From: Magallana gigas | Taxonomy: Eukaryota | Assembly (NCBI RefSeq): GCF_963853765.1 | Contig: NC_088856.1 | Coordinates: forward strand, 5,580,001-5,644,000 | Length of the DNA stretch: 64,000 bases | Direction: 5' to 3' | Part shown: positions 1 through 12,405 of the stretch, one piece after another | How the letters are laid out: each line of letters starts with the position of its first letter | How positions within the stretch are numbered: position 1 is the stretch's first letter | Position numbers and translations under genes: made by a program | Notes under the pieces: model-generated | Databases searched by the model: none | The model's input: the letters and a program-made list of their open reading frames with translations, nothing else | Told to the model about the DNA's origin: nothing

Positions 1-2924
1 TAAACTCATGTCAACAAACACATTACTTGAACCTAGCAGAATTGTAAGCTTTGTGCCTTGCTTATAACTCTACGATTGACGCTGAAATTCTGGTTGATCA
101 TAAGAAATGTCTTGCTAAACATTAAATACACGTGCATTTACAGATAACCTAAGAAGATGATATGCTATATCTACTTTTTGGGCCCTCATATACGATTAAT
201 TATATGACATATACACAAATTTTGATAGTTTTTCAGACACAAGTAAATAAAAACAATGTGTTTTAAACAGTTTTCATGGTTCTGACACATTATTATCGTG
301 AGAATAAATGCATTATCGTTGTTCTTACGAAAACATTGCAACGGAAAAGCATCTTGGTTTGAAGCCATTGGTTTTTTTAAATAAAGATGAAAATAATAGG
401 TGGGACTTAGAACAATTGAGTGATATGCCTGTTAATATATTAATTAGAATTATAGTTCTTTAACATATAACGGGAAAACAACTTATATTCGAGTGTATTC
501 ATCGATCAAGCGAGTAAGATTATAAAACTTTACACTAGTTCACGCCAGGTAAACAACAATTGTTAATAATGGGAAGACTAATTAAATTTTTGATTTTTTT
601 TTAATTTGAGAGAATAATCACATTGAGGTCTAATGTTCTTCTTTCAAGTATACGCCATTTAAAAAAAAAAAAACAACAATAGCTAGTAAGTAGTTGAGGA
701 AAAAAGTACCTTTTTGCTCTCGTATAATTCAATCATTTCAACAAGAAGGAATGGTGGGGAAATTAAAGAAATAGTACGTTTTTAACTACTTTTACGCCTA
801 CCGAGAATTTATTTATATTTCTTGCATAATATATAAAAGGTGTAAAATTGGGATATTCATTTTTGTTAATCTACTGAAGTACCATATGGCACAATATCCG
901 TTGAACGCCTATGTAAAACCAATGTTGCTTAGCTAATTTAAGTATGATCACAGAATGAGTTTTATCCCCGCTGAAATGAACTAAATGTTGCATTTTAGAA
1001 TTGCATTTGTCAAAGAGAACCAAACGAAAAGTAGTGGGTATTATTAGTAATAAATTTGTTTAACACCCCCCCCCCCTGGAAATCTTTAAATCTGATATGA
1101 TGATGATAATAAATTGACAATATGTTTACTTAAATATATTAACAGTAGTGTTTGCTAATAATTCGACCAATACTACCGAAATCCAGTTTAAACTGTTTTA
1201 TCAACATTTTGTTTGACCAAATAGTTACAAATGAAATACATATATACTTCCTTTCAAATAAGACAATAATCGAGATTGAACCAACACATTAAGAAATTAA
1301 ATATTTTTGTTCAGCTTTTATATAACAATAGCAATCTCCCGATACAAATTGCTTTTTTTAGTCGTACCGAGGATCCCCAGACTGTAACAACCGGTCTATT
1401 AAAGTAAAGAGCCCTATAGAACTTCAGAGTTACTTAAATGAATTTAAATATTTATTAACTCAAAAACGCCATCTGTTAGTAAAAGAAATCTTATGGGAAT
1501 ATTAGACAAATGTATCGCAAAAAAATTGCTATTGATGGGAAAATTGTTCCGCAAAACTAAATGCCATTAACAAATTTTGCAGTTTTTGAATAATTTATCA
1601 GTTGCAATTTTTTCATACAATTTTGTATCTGAATGGCTCGTTTAACTAAATGTATCAAATATCAATACTAAATGAAACAAATGTTGCCATTTGCTGTAAT
1701 CTTTACTGTTGATCAATTTTTCATATTCATAGTCACGATATTTAAGCAATACGCCAGAAGACTTTAATGAACCCTAAAGGTCTTTTTACATCGGCGTTGC
1801 AAAGTCCTTGCAGAGATTTATTAGGCATGCATTACATTATGTTTAACCATATTTAGTCGAGATGATGCAACATTGATGATTTAATATTACTAAATCAAAC
1901 ATGCATATCAGATTCATACATATTATCATGGTATAAGTGAAAATTATTTAAAGAAAACATTGTCATCCTTCATTCATTTAAGCAAATCAAACAAATCGAT
2001 CGATGCTGATAGCTAAGCAATCAATATACTTGAATTGTTTTTAAATCTGGTTACTCTACCACAATGCTACATGCAGATGCATACTTAATAATTTGATGTT
2101 TTATGAATATTATAACACAGATTAAAATATATTCAAACCTAAATTGCATTGTATTTATTGATTTTAAAAAAAACCTAACCTTCATAACATATCTTTTATT
2201 TTTCATATGATAAAATATTAGTGTTTTATTGAATAAATGTACATTTTTGTGTCTTGGTTTTCATTGATTGGATGAAATGTTCCTACGTATACATGTATGT
2301 TGTTAATATAACTTGCAGTTTAAAAGTATTTAAACTAAAACGAAGAAACCAAGCGTTATTTGATATTCTACATTAATCAAAACAAAGCATTTATTTATTA
2401 GATGAATATTATTTTTACCTATCAATACTACTTTTTAAAAAAATAATCCATGACTCAAATATCCCATTTCCATTTTATTTAAACGTGCACTGTATGGAGT
2501 AATAGAAGGTGATGAAGGATAGATAGACTTTTAAAAAATACGAATTAAAGTAAGAACCGTATACCTATTTGAAACATTTCAAGCTCGTAAAATTGATAAT
2601 CTTGACTATTTGGCGGTCAATCATCTTAACTATTTTGCGATCAATCATCATAAGATGATTCACAAGTACATGTATTTGTGAAATTAATCAAGGTCCATAC
2701 GACAACTTTATAACGTTTCCGTCCAAGTAATTTAATCATTCTACGGTACAGTATTCATATATTTGGATTTCATATGCTAAACGTCTGCGAGCTGTATATG
2801 AACTAAATTACAAAGAACTAAGTACATTAGTGGTCAAAATCTGACCTGTTTTGAAAATTCAAAATAACAACACAGAAGGTAGACGAGGATTCGCACTTTA
2901 ATAAATTCACACTTTATATAAACA

Positions 2925-2944
2925 TTTTTAGCTCACCTGAGCCA

Positions 2945-2976
<32 letters not shown>

Positions 2977-3019
2977 GTCTGTTGTCTGTCGTCGTTGTCG
3001 TTGTCGTCGTCGTCGTCGT

Positions 3020-3050
<31 letters not shown>

Positions 3051-3098
3051 AAGAACCACTGGGCAGATTTCAAACAAATTTGGCACAAAGCACCACTA

Positions 3099-3144
<46 letters not shown>

Positions 3145-5347
3145 TAAAGGGGAGATAATTGAGAATTATTGAAAATTTGTCGGTATTTTTCAAAAATCTT
3201 CTTCTCAAAAACTATTAGGCCGGTAAAGCTTAAACTTGTGTGGAGGCATCATCAGGTAGTGTAGATTCACGTTTGTTCAAATCATGGTCCCCGGGGGAAG
3301 GGTGGGGCCACAATTGGGGGATCAAGTTTTACATAGGAATATATAGAGAAAATCTTTAAAAATTTTCTACTCAAAAACTATCAGGCCAGAAAGATTCAAA
3401 TTAAAATGGGAGCATCCTCATGTAGTGTAGATTCAAGTTTGTTCAACTCATGGTCCCCGGGGGTAGGGTGAGGCCACAATTGGGGGATCAAGTTTTACAT
3501 AGGAATATATAGAGAAAATCTTTTAAAAAATTTCTTTTAAAAACTATTAGGCCAGGAAAGCTCAAATTAAAATGGAAGAATTCTCAGGAAGTGTAGATTC
3601 AAGTTTGTTAAAATCATGGTCCCCGGGGGTAGGGTGGGGCCACAATTGGGGGATCAAGTTTTACATAGGAATATATAGAGAAAATCTTTATAAAAATTTC
3701 TTCTCAAAAACTATTAGGCCAGAAAAGCTCAAATTTGAGTGGAAGCATCCTCATGTAATGTAGATTCAAGTTTGTTCAAATCATGGTCCCCGGGGGTAGG
3801 GTGGGGCCACAATTGGGGGATCAAGTTTTACATAGGAATATATAGATAAAAATCTTTAAAAATTTTCTTCTCAAAAACTATTTGGCCAGAAAAGCTCAAC
3901 TTTGAGTGGAGGCATCATCAGGTAGTGTAGTTTGTTCAAATCATGGTCCCCGGGGGTAGGGTGGGGCCACAATTGGGGGATCAAGTTTTACATAGGAATA
4001 TATAGAGAAAATCTTTAAAAATCTTCTTCTCAAAAACTATTTGGCCAGAAAAGCTCAAATTAAAATGGAAGCATCCTCAGGAAGTGTAGATTCAAGTTTG
4101 TTCAAATCATGGTCCCCGGGGGTAGGGTGGGGCCACAATTGGGGGATCAAGTTTTACATAGGAATATATAGACAAAATCTTTTAAAAAATTTCTTTTAAA
4201 AACTATTAGGCCAGAAAAGCTCAAATTAAAATGGAAGCATCCTCAGGAAGTGTTGATTCAAATTTGTTCAAATGATGGTCCCCAGGGGTAGGGTGGGGCC
4301 ACAATTGGGGGATCAAGTTTTACATAGGAATATATAGAGAAAATCGTTAAAAATTTTCTTCTCAAAAACTATTAGGCCAGGAAAGCTCAACTTTGAGTGG
4401 AGGCATCATCATGTAGTGTAGATTCAAGTTTGTTCAAATCATGGTCCCCGGGGGTAGGGTGGGGCCACAATTGGGGGATCAAGTTTTACATAGGAATATA
4501 TAGAGAAAATCTTTAAAAATCTTCTTCTCAAAAACTATTTGGCCAGAAAAGCTTAAACTTGTGTGGAGGCATCATCAGGTAGTGTAGATTCAAGTTTGTT
4601 CAAATCATGGTCCCCGGGGGTAGGGTGGGGCCACAATTGGGGGATCAAGTTTTACATAGGAATATATAGAGAAAATCTTTAAAAATCTTCTTCTCAAAAA
4701 CTGTTTGGCCAGAAAAGCTCAAATTAAAATGGAAGCATCCTCAGGAAGTGTAGATTCATGTTTGTTCAAATCATGGTCCCCGGGGGTAGGGTGGGGCCAC
4801 AATTGGGGGATCAAGTTTTACATAGGAATCTATAGAGAAAATCTTTTAAAAAATTTCTTTTTAAAACTATTAGGCCAGAAAAGCTCAAATTAAAATGGAA
4901 GCATCCTCAGGAAGTGTTGATTCAAGTTTGTTCAAATCATGGTCCCCGGGGGTAGGGTGAGGCCACAATTGGGGGATCAAGTTTTACAATGCTTAAAAAT
5001 ATTCTGGGAAAGTTTTCGGTCCAAAACTCAGTACTTAGTGTGAAAGCACAGGTTATGAGATTAAAGGTAGATTTAAGTTTGATGAAACCATGATTCCCTA
5101 GAGAATAGTGGGGCCACGAAATGGGGAGGGGGGGTTTATAGGAATAGAGAAAAATCTTCTTACAGGTACAACAAAAGGGGCTTTACTAAAAAATAAGAGG
5201 TGGATAAAAATTGGCAGATTTTCAAATTTTTTTTAGCAAGATCTACTGTACTCAGTTGTCAAGATATTTTGATACTGTAATGCTAATTTGATCAGAATTA
5301 AGGAAATTGTTGCTCAGGTGAGCGATGTGGCCCCTGGGCCTCTTGTT
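2925..5347 (+). mobile_element. Non-autonomous Helentron/DINE-1-like element (HINE) carrying a Cg170-like tandem array
   Basis: Starts TTTTTAGCTCACCTGAGC, followed by a (GTC)n microsatellite at ~2985-3020. Subterminal inverted repeat GCTCACCTGAGC (2931-2942) / GCTCAGGTGAGC (5312-5323). 3' hairpin GGCCCCTGGGCC (5329-5340), then TCTTGTT. This matches the described architecture of oyster HINEs. Confidence 0.85.
3195..4988 (+). repeat. Tandem array of 11 ~166-bp monomers (Cg170-like satellite)
   Basis: The motif TCATGGTCCCCGGGGGTAGGGTGGGGCCACAATTGGGGGATCAAGTTTTACA recurs 11 times at ~166-bp spacing (~3282 to ~4937). Confidence 0.92.
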
Positions 5348-6032
5348 CATGTATCTTTTATAGTTTAGTTCATATGCCCCTCTGAAGTTGGAATGTTTTA
5401 CATTGATTTCAAAAGTCCTTAATGTTATGACGTCATTATTTTTACAGTTTTTCATTTATTAAAAAAAAAAGAATTGCATTGATGATTAGATTAAAAGATT
5501 ATGGTTATAAAAAAATACCAAATATACAATTTTACTTTAAAAGATCATCCAAAAAAGAGTAATTATGATAACAAATACAAAAAATAGGAACATCTTTACA
5601 TTCACAATAAATGACCTTTTTGCACTTATATTTCATCGAGATACATGTATTCAATACCCTAATTATTTTAATTATTTTTGTTATGCAAAAATATGTTATA
5701 TTTTTACTAAACAATTAGTTAATTACTTATCTATCAAAGTTTATTTTTTTAAACTTCATTGACAGTATCTTTATGTTTACTAGTATATGTACATAATGAA
5801 TAATATTAAGTATAAGGCATTTAATTGTATTAAAATCTCATTCATTCTTTTTTTTTTAAATAATTTAACACGGAGTGTGACCTTTTATATTATAAATATC
5901 AATATAGTTAAAATATAAAATTCAGGGAGAGACATTTGTGAAATGTAAAACTAGAATTATCAGAAATATATTGCCGTAAACTGTTTTAGAAAAACAATTG
6001 CTTGACAAATTGAAACAGTGAATCACTTCGGA

Positions 6033-9000
6033 TCAAAACCAAACATTTTTACTATTAAGTCTTTCCTCGGTGACTTCTGTCCCACTGTCGCTCTCTTCAG
6101 CAGCTTCTGGAATTTGTGCTGCATCCTCCAAAAAATCCATCCAGTTTCTGTTCGTTTGTACACTCACGTTTGCATGTCTTGCATAGCTATAGGCTAAATA
6201 CCAGATGACACTGGTTATATGGGCGCATGCACCAACGACTCTAGCTCCAGACCGGCATTTGGAGTACCATGATGTGACTGCACATTCGGAATATTTTATC
6301 CGGCACTTATATCTGCAATTCGATATGTGCCTGCTCTGTAGTTGGGATACAAGAAGACCCGGAAGTTGCTTGGCAATCCATATCTTGTATTTCCCATCCT
6401 GGTTTGTGTGCTCTGCAGTATAGTTTTTTCCCAATTTCACCTGGTAAACGCCTAGTGTCAATTCCCGGACCTCGTGTACTGTGTACCTAGGAAAGCCATC
6501 TAGATTCGCATCCGCTTCATCTAGTTTTGTCCACTTATGAGACTTCTTGTCTAGGCCTAGAGATTCCACCTCATGTTGCAAACATTGCTTTTTGAAAGGA
6601 GGTACCGCATTTTCGAAGCCATACAAAAATTGTCCTCTATATTCCCTTTAATGATAGAAGGTCAGTAAAAATAGTAAAAACACTAAACTTAAAGCATTTA
6701 TTACTGATTACTTCATTAGTATCTAGGAGATTTTGTGCTTGGTTTTGGGTAATTTCATAAATTAATTGATATTTAAATACTCCGTTTCAAAATATGTTCT
6801 AGGCTAGACCTCTTTTGATATGCATCAGATCTTGTTAAAGAATAAGATATTTTGTTGAGCGGAATATACTTTTAAAAATTATAGTATTTGTTAATTGCCA
6901 GAGTATTGATATTAATTACCTATATTTATTACAAATGCCACAAACTATTCTTACGAAATCACCAGTGCAAGGAATTTGTGAGTTCGGGAGCTGTTTTCCT
7001 AGTTATATCCGTGCATTTTCAGACTCTACCATCTATTGGATCTGATTTGAAAAATAAAATGTAGGTATTAACCTGCTTCCATTCATTTAGAACACGAATC
7101 TGTCTTCTCTTACATTTGAAACTCAAGGCATTTAGAAACAATAACATATTGCGATTGCAAATAATATATTACATGTACAATGGAATATTTTAAAACTGTT
7201 TAGAGATAGAAATAAGTCTTTTCATTTGCACGTATTTCGTCAATTTGATTTATTCTTAAGGTATTTTGTAAAAGCGTACCTTGGTAATTAATCTGGAATT
7301 ATTCGCTTCCTTAGTAGTATGCTGCTTTAGGCCGTTTTGCAGGAAGAACGGAAGGAATTCCGAGCTTGGAAAGTACTCCCGCTGAATCCCGAAATCCACG
7401 GTCCACAATCATGATATCATCCTTCTTAATCTATTTATTTAACGTATAAAGAATGACACCAAAACTACGATAGTTCCGATTGATTGAGAACATGTTAAAA
7501 TAATTTTTATATTGCTAAGAGAAAGGAGTAAATCAAAATTTGGAGATTATAATCAATACTCTGAACCTTTGGTACTTTAATTTATTAAAAAAGTGATCTC
7601 TTAATCTTAATGTGGTAAGTATACATGTGTGTGTCAACTTTGCAATTTCAATGGATAGATCTGTATGCAGCAAAAAATTAGTATGAAAATCATAACCTAA
7701 GAAAAAATCACTATAATTCTTAAATAAAACTTAACATTTTTTATTAAATTCCAAAGGTGAATTATTATTATTTAAAATAAACCCTTTCAAAATTACAAAG
7801 CAAGTTAACAGTATTCAAATATGAAATAAAACCTTTTAAGTATTGAATACCTTAATCTCTGATTTTGTTTCTTGGACATTTGTAGCAAAAATGTGTTTCA
7901 GGATCTTCGCATCCAAGTTCTTGCTATCCGCTAAATAGGATCCATATGGCAGCTACGATATACCCTGCAGTGCTCACTATCAACATTGGCTTAACAAGAT
8001 ACCTATGTTTCTGCATGCCAAAGAAGCGTCGCAGCTGAAATGCACAATATGTACGCTTTTGGCCATAAATATATGTACATTGTACCATCAAGTACTAATA
8101 TTGCATTTTCATCACTTGGACAGACAAGTTCTTTTGCAGAAGGCCTTGTGTGCTTTTGGATAACTGTGTCAATGGTCACATGCTCTAATCCCAAATGCTG
8201 GGGCACGAAATTGTTGCTTAGCGCTTATCTTGCAGTATTTACAGCTCTTCGAATCAAAAATGTATAAATCAATTTTTATTAGTTCGGAGACACGCACAAA
8301 TAAATTGCTTTTTAATTATATGTTGACTTTTGCTGTGGTATTCGCCAAAGGGGGGTTATTCATTTTTCTTACTTAACATTAATCTTCAAATCCGCACAGG
8401 ACAATTGCAAAATCATTTTGACACGTAATATTTGATAAACATTTGTTTACAGGTTAAACCTACCTGTGATGTAGACATATTGAACAGCACAGCAAAAGGT
8501 TTGTTATCCAATGATGTCCTTAACTTTGTCAGAAGTACAGCAATGCATGATTTAATGCTTCTTGACCTTGACGCTCAAACATCTGCGGAGCTGATATATG
8601 TCAGTATATCATCAAAATAACATTTTCTGAGACCAGTCAGAGTTACATAATCATCACCTGTCATCGATTCTGGGTCATCGAAAACAAGACATGTCTTTCT
8701 TTTCATATTGGCTTCCTCTCTCAGTTGTTAAAGAAGTTCAATGATTGTAGCTCTGTTGATGAACGAGTGATCTCTTGTACATGTGACCATCTCTAAAGAT
8801 GTGAGATCAAGCAAATTGGTGGTAAAATGGGATGGACAACACCGGCACCCAGATGGAATGAACATATTATGACACAGATACACCTTGAATCTAGCTTCAG
8901 TCGGCACCACTATTAACCTTGGTCCAGGTTTTCTGCAGAGGACACAGTAGGCATGGCTTTTAGCCGTGGACTGTATCGGCAAAGAAACTGATAGCGGGCT

Positions 9001-9256
9001 TTGAACGTTGGTAGCTCTTTTCTTCCTATCAGGGCTGTGTATCGAAGATGAAGGTTATGGGACCTCTGATAACTTGTATTTAATTGAGTATTTGTGTCTG
9101 CACTTGTTGCATATAACTTTTCCATCTGTACTTTCTATAAATAAACATCTATTTAGGATTTTTCTTGTATCGTTGCTAACGGCCCTTCTTACGTTTGCGT
9201 TTGTGCGTTTGTTACACAAAACACACGGGAACTGCTTTGGACCATGTCCAAGCACC
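6033..9256 (-). pseudogene. Degenerate intron-containing PIF/Harbinger-ISL2EU (DDE_Tnp_4-like) transposase with N-terminal Cys fingers and C-terminal SWIM-like finger
   Basis: ORF fragments: CVLC..CNKC (9055-9255); CVLC..CRCCPSH (8728-8982); [11 protein letters not shown] (8003-8206). Hand-read: [10 protein letters not shown] (~7385-7415), VESENAR (~7015-7035), WYSKCRSGARVVGACAH (ORF 6033-6626). Coding blocks are separated by GT..AG introns. Several stops and frameshifts. Element ends not identified. Confidence 0.75.
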
Positions 9257-11171
9257 CTGGAATAAGATTTGTTTGCATAGATGTAATCTTAATTCACATT
9301 ATGAATCAAATCAAAATTAAACACATTCGTAACTTTTCTACTTTTTTAATCATAATATAACCCCTGCTCTTTAAAAAAAATTGTAACATTTGTTTGAATA
9401 TATTTATTTTATTCATCTGTTTTTAATTATCTATGTGTTGTTCTCATTCGTTTTTTTAATAAACAAAATATGCTAGTCTCAATGTCTAAAATAAACATTA
9501 GGCGTCGAAATATGTAAAAACAAAATATTGGGCATAAACAATCTCAAAAGAAAATGTATCAAAAGCATGCCAGCTGTTAAAATAAAATTACCTGTGATCT
9601 GCCGCGGAGACTTGAAACCGGGCCGCGCATTTCATATGGTGGACACATACCACAAACCCACCGCGTATGTTGAAAAAGACAGCGATTTTACTGACATATA
9701 AAATGTAATGGGAGAATAAATATATCATAAAACTATGCAGTTAACGTTTTAAAGAAGTTTCTGGTTTGTTTTTGTTTTTTTGGTTTTTTTTTGTTATTAT
9801 CAACGACAAAACAAATATTTTAAAATCACTTTGTTGTTTCTTTGATGAAATCACTGTTTTCTATTAAGCCTATACAACAATTTGTTTACACTGGCGACAT
9901 CCCGATGGCCGTACCGTATCTGCAGCATTTCAAATACTAAATCTTATTTACCCGCATAAAAACTCTATTACAGTATCAAATTGTGAGTTACATTTATAGT
10001 TTAAACAGACAATTAAAATCAAGAAGGTATTTCTGATCTAAACTTTAAGGACTGCTCACAATTCGGGTTACTCCTTGGCGACATATTACCCGATTTCAAC
10101 AAAATTTCCCATAGAGAATGAATAAAACGCCCGAATTCATTAACTCTTACAATCCATATAAATAGATTAGAAAATAATACGTACCTATCTAGTTTGCTTA
10201 TCTCCAAGGTAGAGAAATAACAAGTTTTAAGACTAAATACACAGCGGGAATCACTGCAACCATCCCATCTTCTGGACGATCAGCAGAGGACAGATGCAAC
10301 GGGGTTTTTTTTATTTTATCGTATGGGCCGCAGCTTTCGACCGCGATAAGACTTACTTTATACTAAATGTTTTGAATATTTAATTTTAGTTTTCATTATT
10401 TTATGTTGGTCGACACATGCGGCCACGTATAAAAACATAATTTGTACCGCAATTTTACGTAAATCGTCACAATTCCGGGTTCGTGAAGGGTTTGGATACT
10501 GCAATTCTTCCTTGAAATGGCCCAAATTAATTTGCTGCTCATATATAATTTAAGTAGGGTTGCTAATGTTTTCATATATGAATATAAAATACCAAATATC
10601 TTAATGAAGAGTTTTGACTATATGCAGGGCCTCTGAGCAGTAACTAGTGGTTTAGTTCTTTTATAAAATCTCCATGAACTCGCCTAATGATGTTGCAAAC
10701 ATTTGGTCAGCTGGCATTGCATCGCTTTTCGGATTTTTTGTTATATTCATGTGTTGGCTTGTATGTTGGGTTCCGTTTTAGATCTTCTTTACAAAAACAG
10801 AAATCGAGAAGTTTTTACGAGAAACTTACAGATCATCTTAATAAAGAGTATGGAAGATGGCTATTGTAGATCAAAAGGTAAGAGAAAGAAACACTTTGTA
10901 ATTTCTCACAAATCAATATAAATTGTGAGAAATTATGTAAATTATTATAATGCATTTACTTTTTAGATACAGATATATCAAATCAAAAGTACAAAAATAT
11001 CAACAACAACAAATAATAAATTGTGTTTTATTCACACAATAATAAGAGTGATATTTTTTATATTCAATCTAAATATGAGGAAAAGTTACTCAACTTGTGT
11101 AAATTAATCAATGGTGTGCATTTTTGTTAGGTATCAGAGAATTGGGCTACATTTCGTATATATATTCCTTA

Positions 11172-12405
11172 AGCCCCTTTCACAATTGGCGCACGAGCAG
11201 AAGCGACCAAATATTCGTGCGACCGAAAAAAATAGATATGAATCGTCAATTGTTGCCGAAATAATCGCATGTGAAAAAAGTATTCGTACGAATGTCGCAC
11301 GATCTAAGCGAGCGTTGTGCGATGTAAACGCATTGAATCTTGCGATATATCTTGCGTCTGTATGCGACTGTTGTACAATGAAAGCAACTGTTGAAAGATA
11401 ATACTATAGGAACGCGCGAGAGACTAGGTGATCGGACGATTAAACGTGCACCAATGTGATTGAAGGTGCAATTATGCGGTCCATGGTACGAATGATCGTG
11501 CGAGTCAGAGGGGGGTATATAAAGCGCCCATATTCAGTAGACAGTTGAAAGCGAGAAAAAAAGATGCCGCCCAAGAAGATACAGATATGCAGCAGCATTT
11601 ATTATTATACCTCAATATGATTATTCAATTACATGATTTATGAAAGAAAAGTGAGACAGTTACATGGGAAATCAAAAAATCACGACGTTAATGTTGCGAC
11701 TGTTAAAAACTCAAACAATATTAGAAATCAACATATTTTGTGTAATCATATGTTGCTTGGTATAATAAAAGGTTTATTGCATTAATGTTCAGGAAATATG
11801 AAGATTTATTCCCCAGAAAAAAAACAACAAATTTTTCTCGAGCGAAGCCCTCGGGAAATATAATTTTTCTTAAGGGAATAAATCTTCATACATGTATTTC
11901 CCTCACCATCATGCAATAAATGTATATTGTAAATTTTGTTCTGAAACAGAGATACTAATACAGGGTACATACACTAGTAGCAAGGCATGGCATATTGAGG
12001 CTGATAAGTCGTGCAATGATAGTAATACGTTGCAAGATTACATGGGACACGTTGAGCAACAGTCTCACGGTCGCAAACCAGACGAATAAACACCAGCGAT
12101 TTATCTTACGATCTTTAAAAATCGTGTATCACTCTTGCGGGTACACAAAACGTTGTAAAACGTTCGTACTAATGTTTGTGCGTTGCACTGCAATAATATG
12201 GATCGCGTTCGGTCGCATCTGAATAGTGTGCATGTCCACTATTCAGAGGGGACTTGATGCGACCAGTAAAACGTATGCAACGAATACGAGAGCTCGTGCA
12301 ACGTAAGCAAGGGCTCGTGCAACGTATGCGAGAGCTCGTGCGAAGCTCAAATATTTTGGTCGCAAAGTGGTGTAAAGTGAACGTGCGCCAATTGTGAAAG
12401 GTGCT
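11172..12405. mobile_element. Non-autonomous PIF/Harbinger-type element (MITE)
   Basis: 24-bp TIRs AGCCCCTTTCACAATTGGCGCACG / CGTGCGCCAATTGTGAAAGGTGCT (1 mismatch), flanked on both sides by TTA (11169-11171, 12406-12408), the Harbinger TWA target duplication. Internal 21-bp repeats at ~12290-12345. Confidence 0.85.
11761..11931. mobile_element. Short palindromic foldback element nested in the Harbinger MITE
   Basis: Arms TTTATTGCAT..ATGAAGATTTATTCCC and GGGAATAAATCTTCATA..ATGCAATAAA are arranged around a central CTCGAGCGAAGCCCTCGGG. Confidence 0.55.

Noticed and set aside
3195-4988. Regular array resembling CRISPR; ORFs 3572-3763 and 4705-4893
   Set aside because: No unique spacers, whole monomers are homologous, the context is eukaryotic and there are no cas genes. 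The ORFs are translations of the satellite.
5414-10053. AGTCCTTAATGTT / AACTTTAAGGACT as TIRs of the transposase element
   Set aside because: Only 12 of 13 bp in AT-rich DNA with no matching TSD; read as TTAA-flanked ends they face away from the transposase.
10703-10921. ORF ending at a good donor (AAAG|GTAAG) as a second transposon gene
   Set aside because: No recognisable domain and no in-frame partner exons found.
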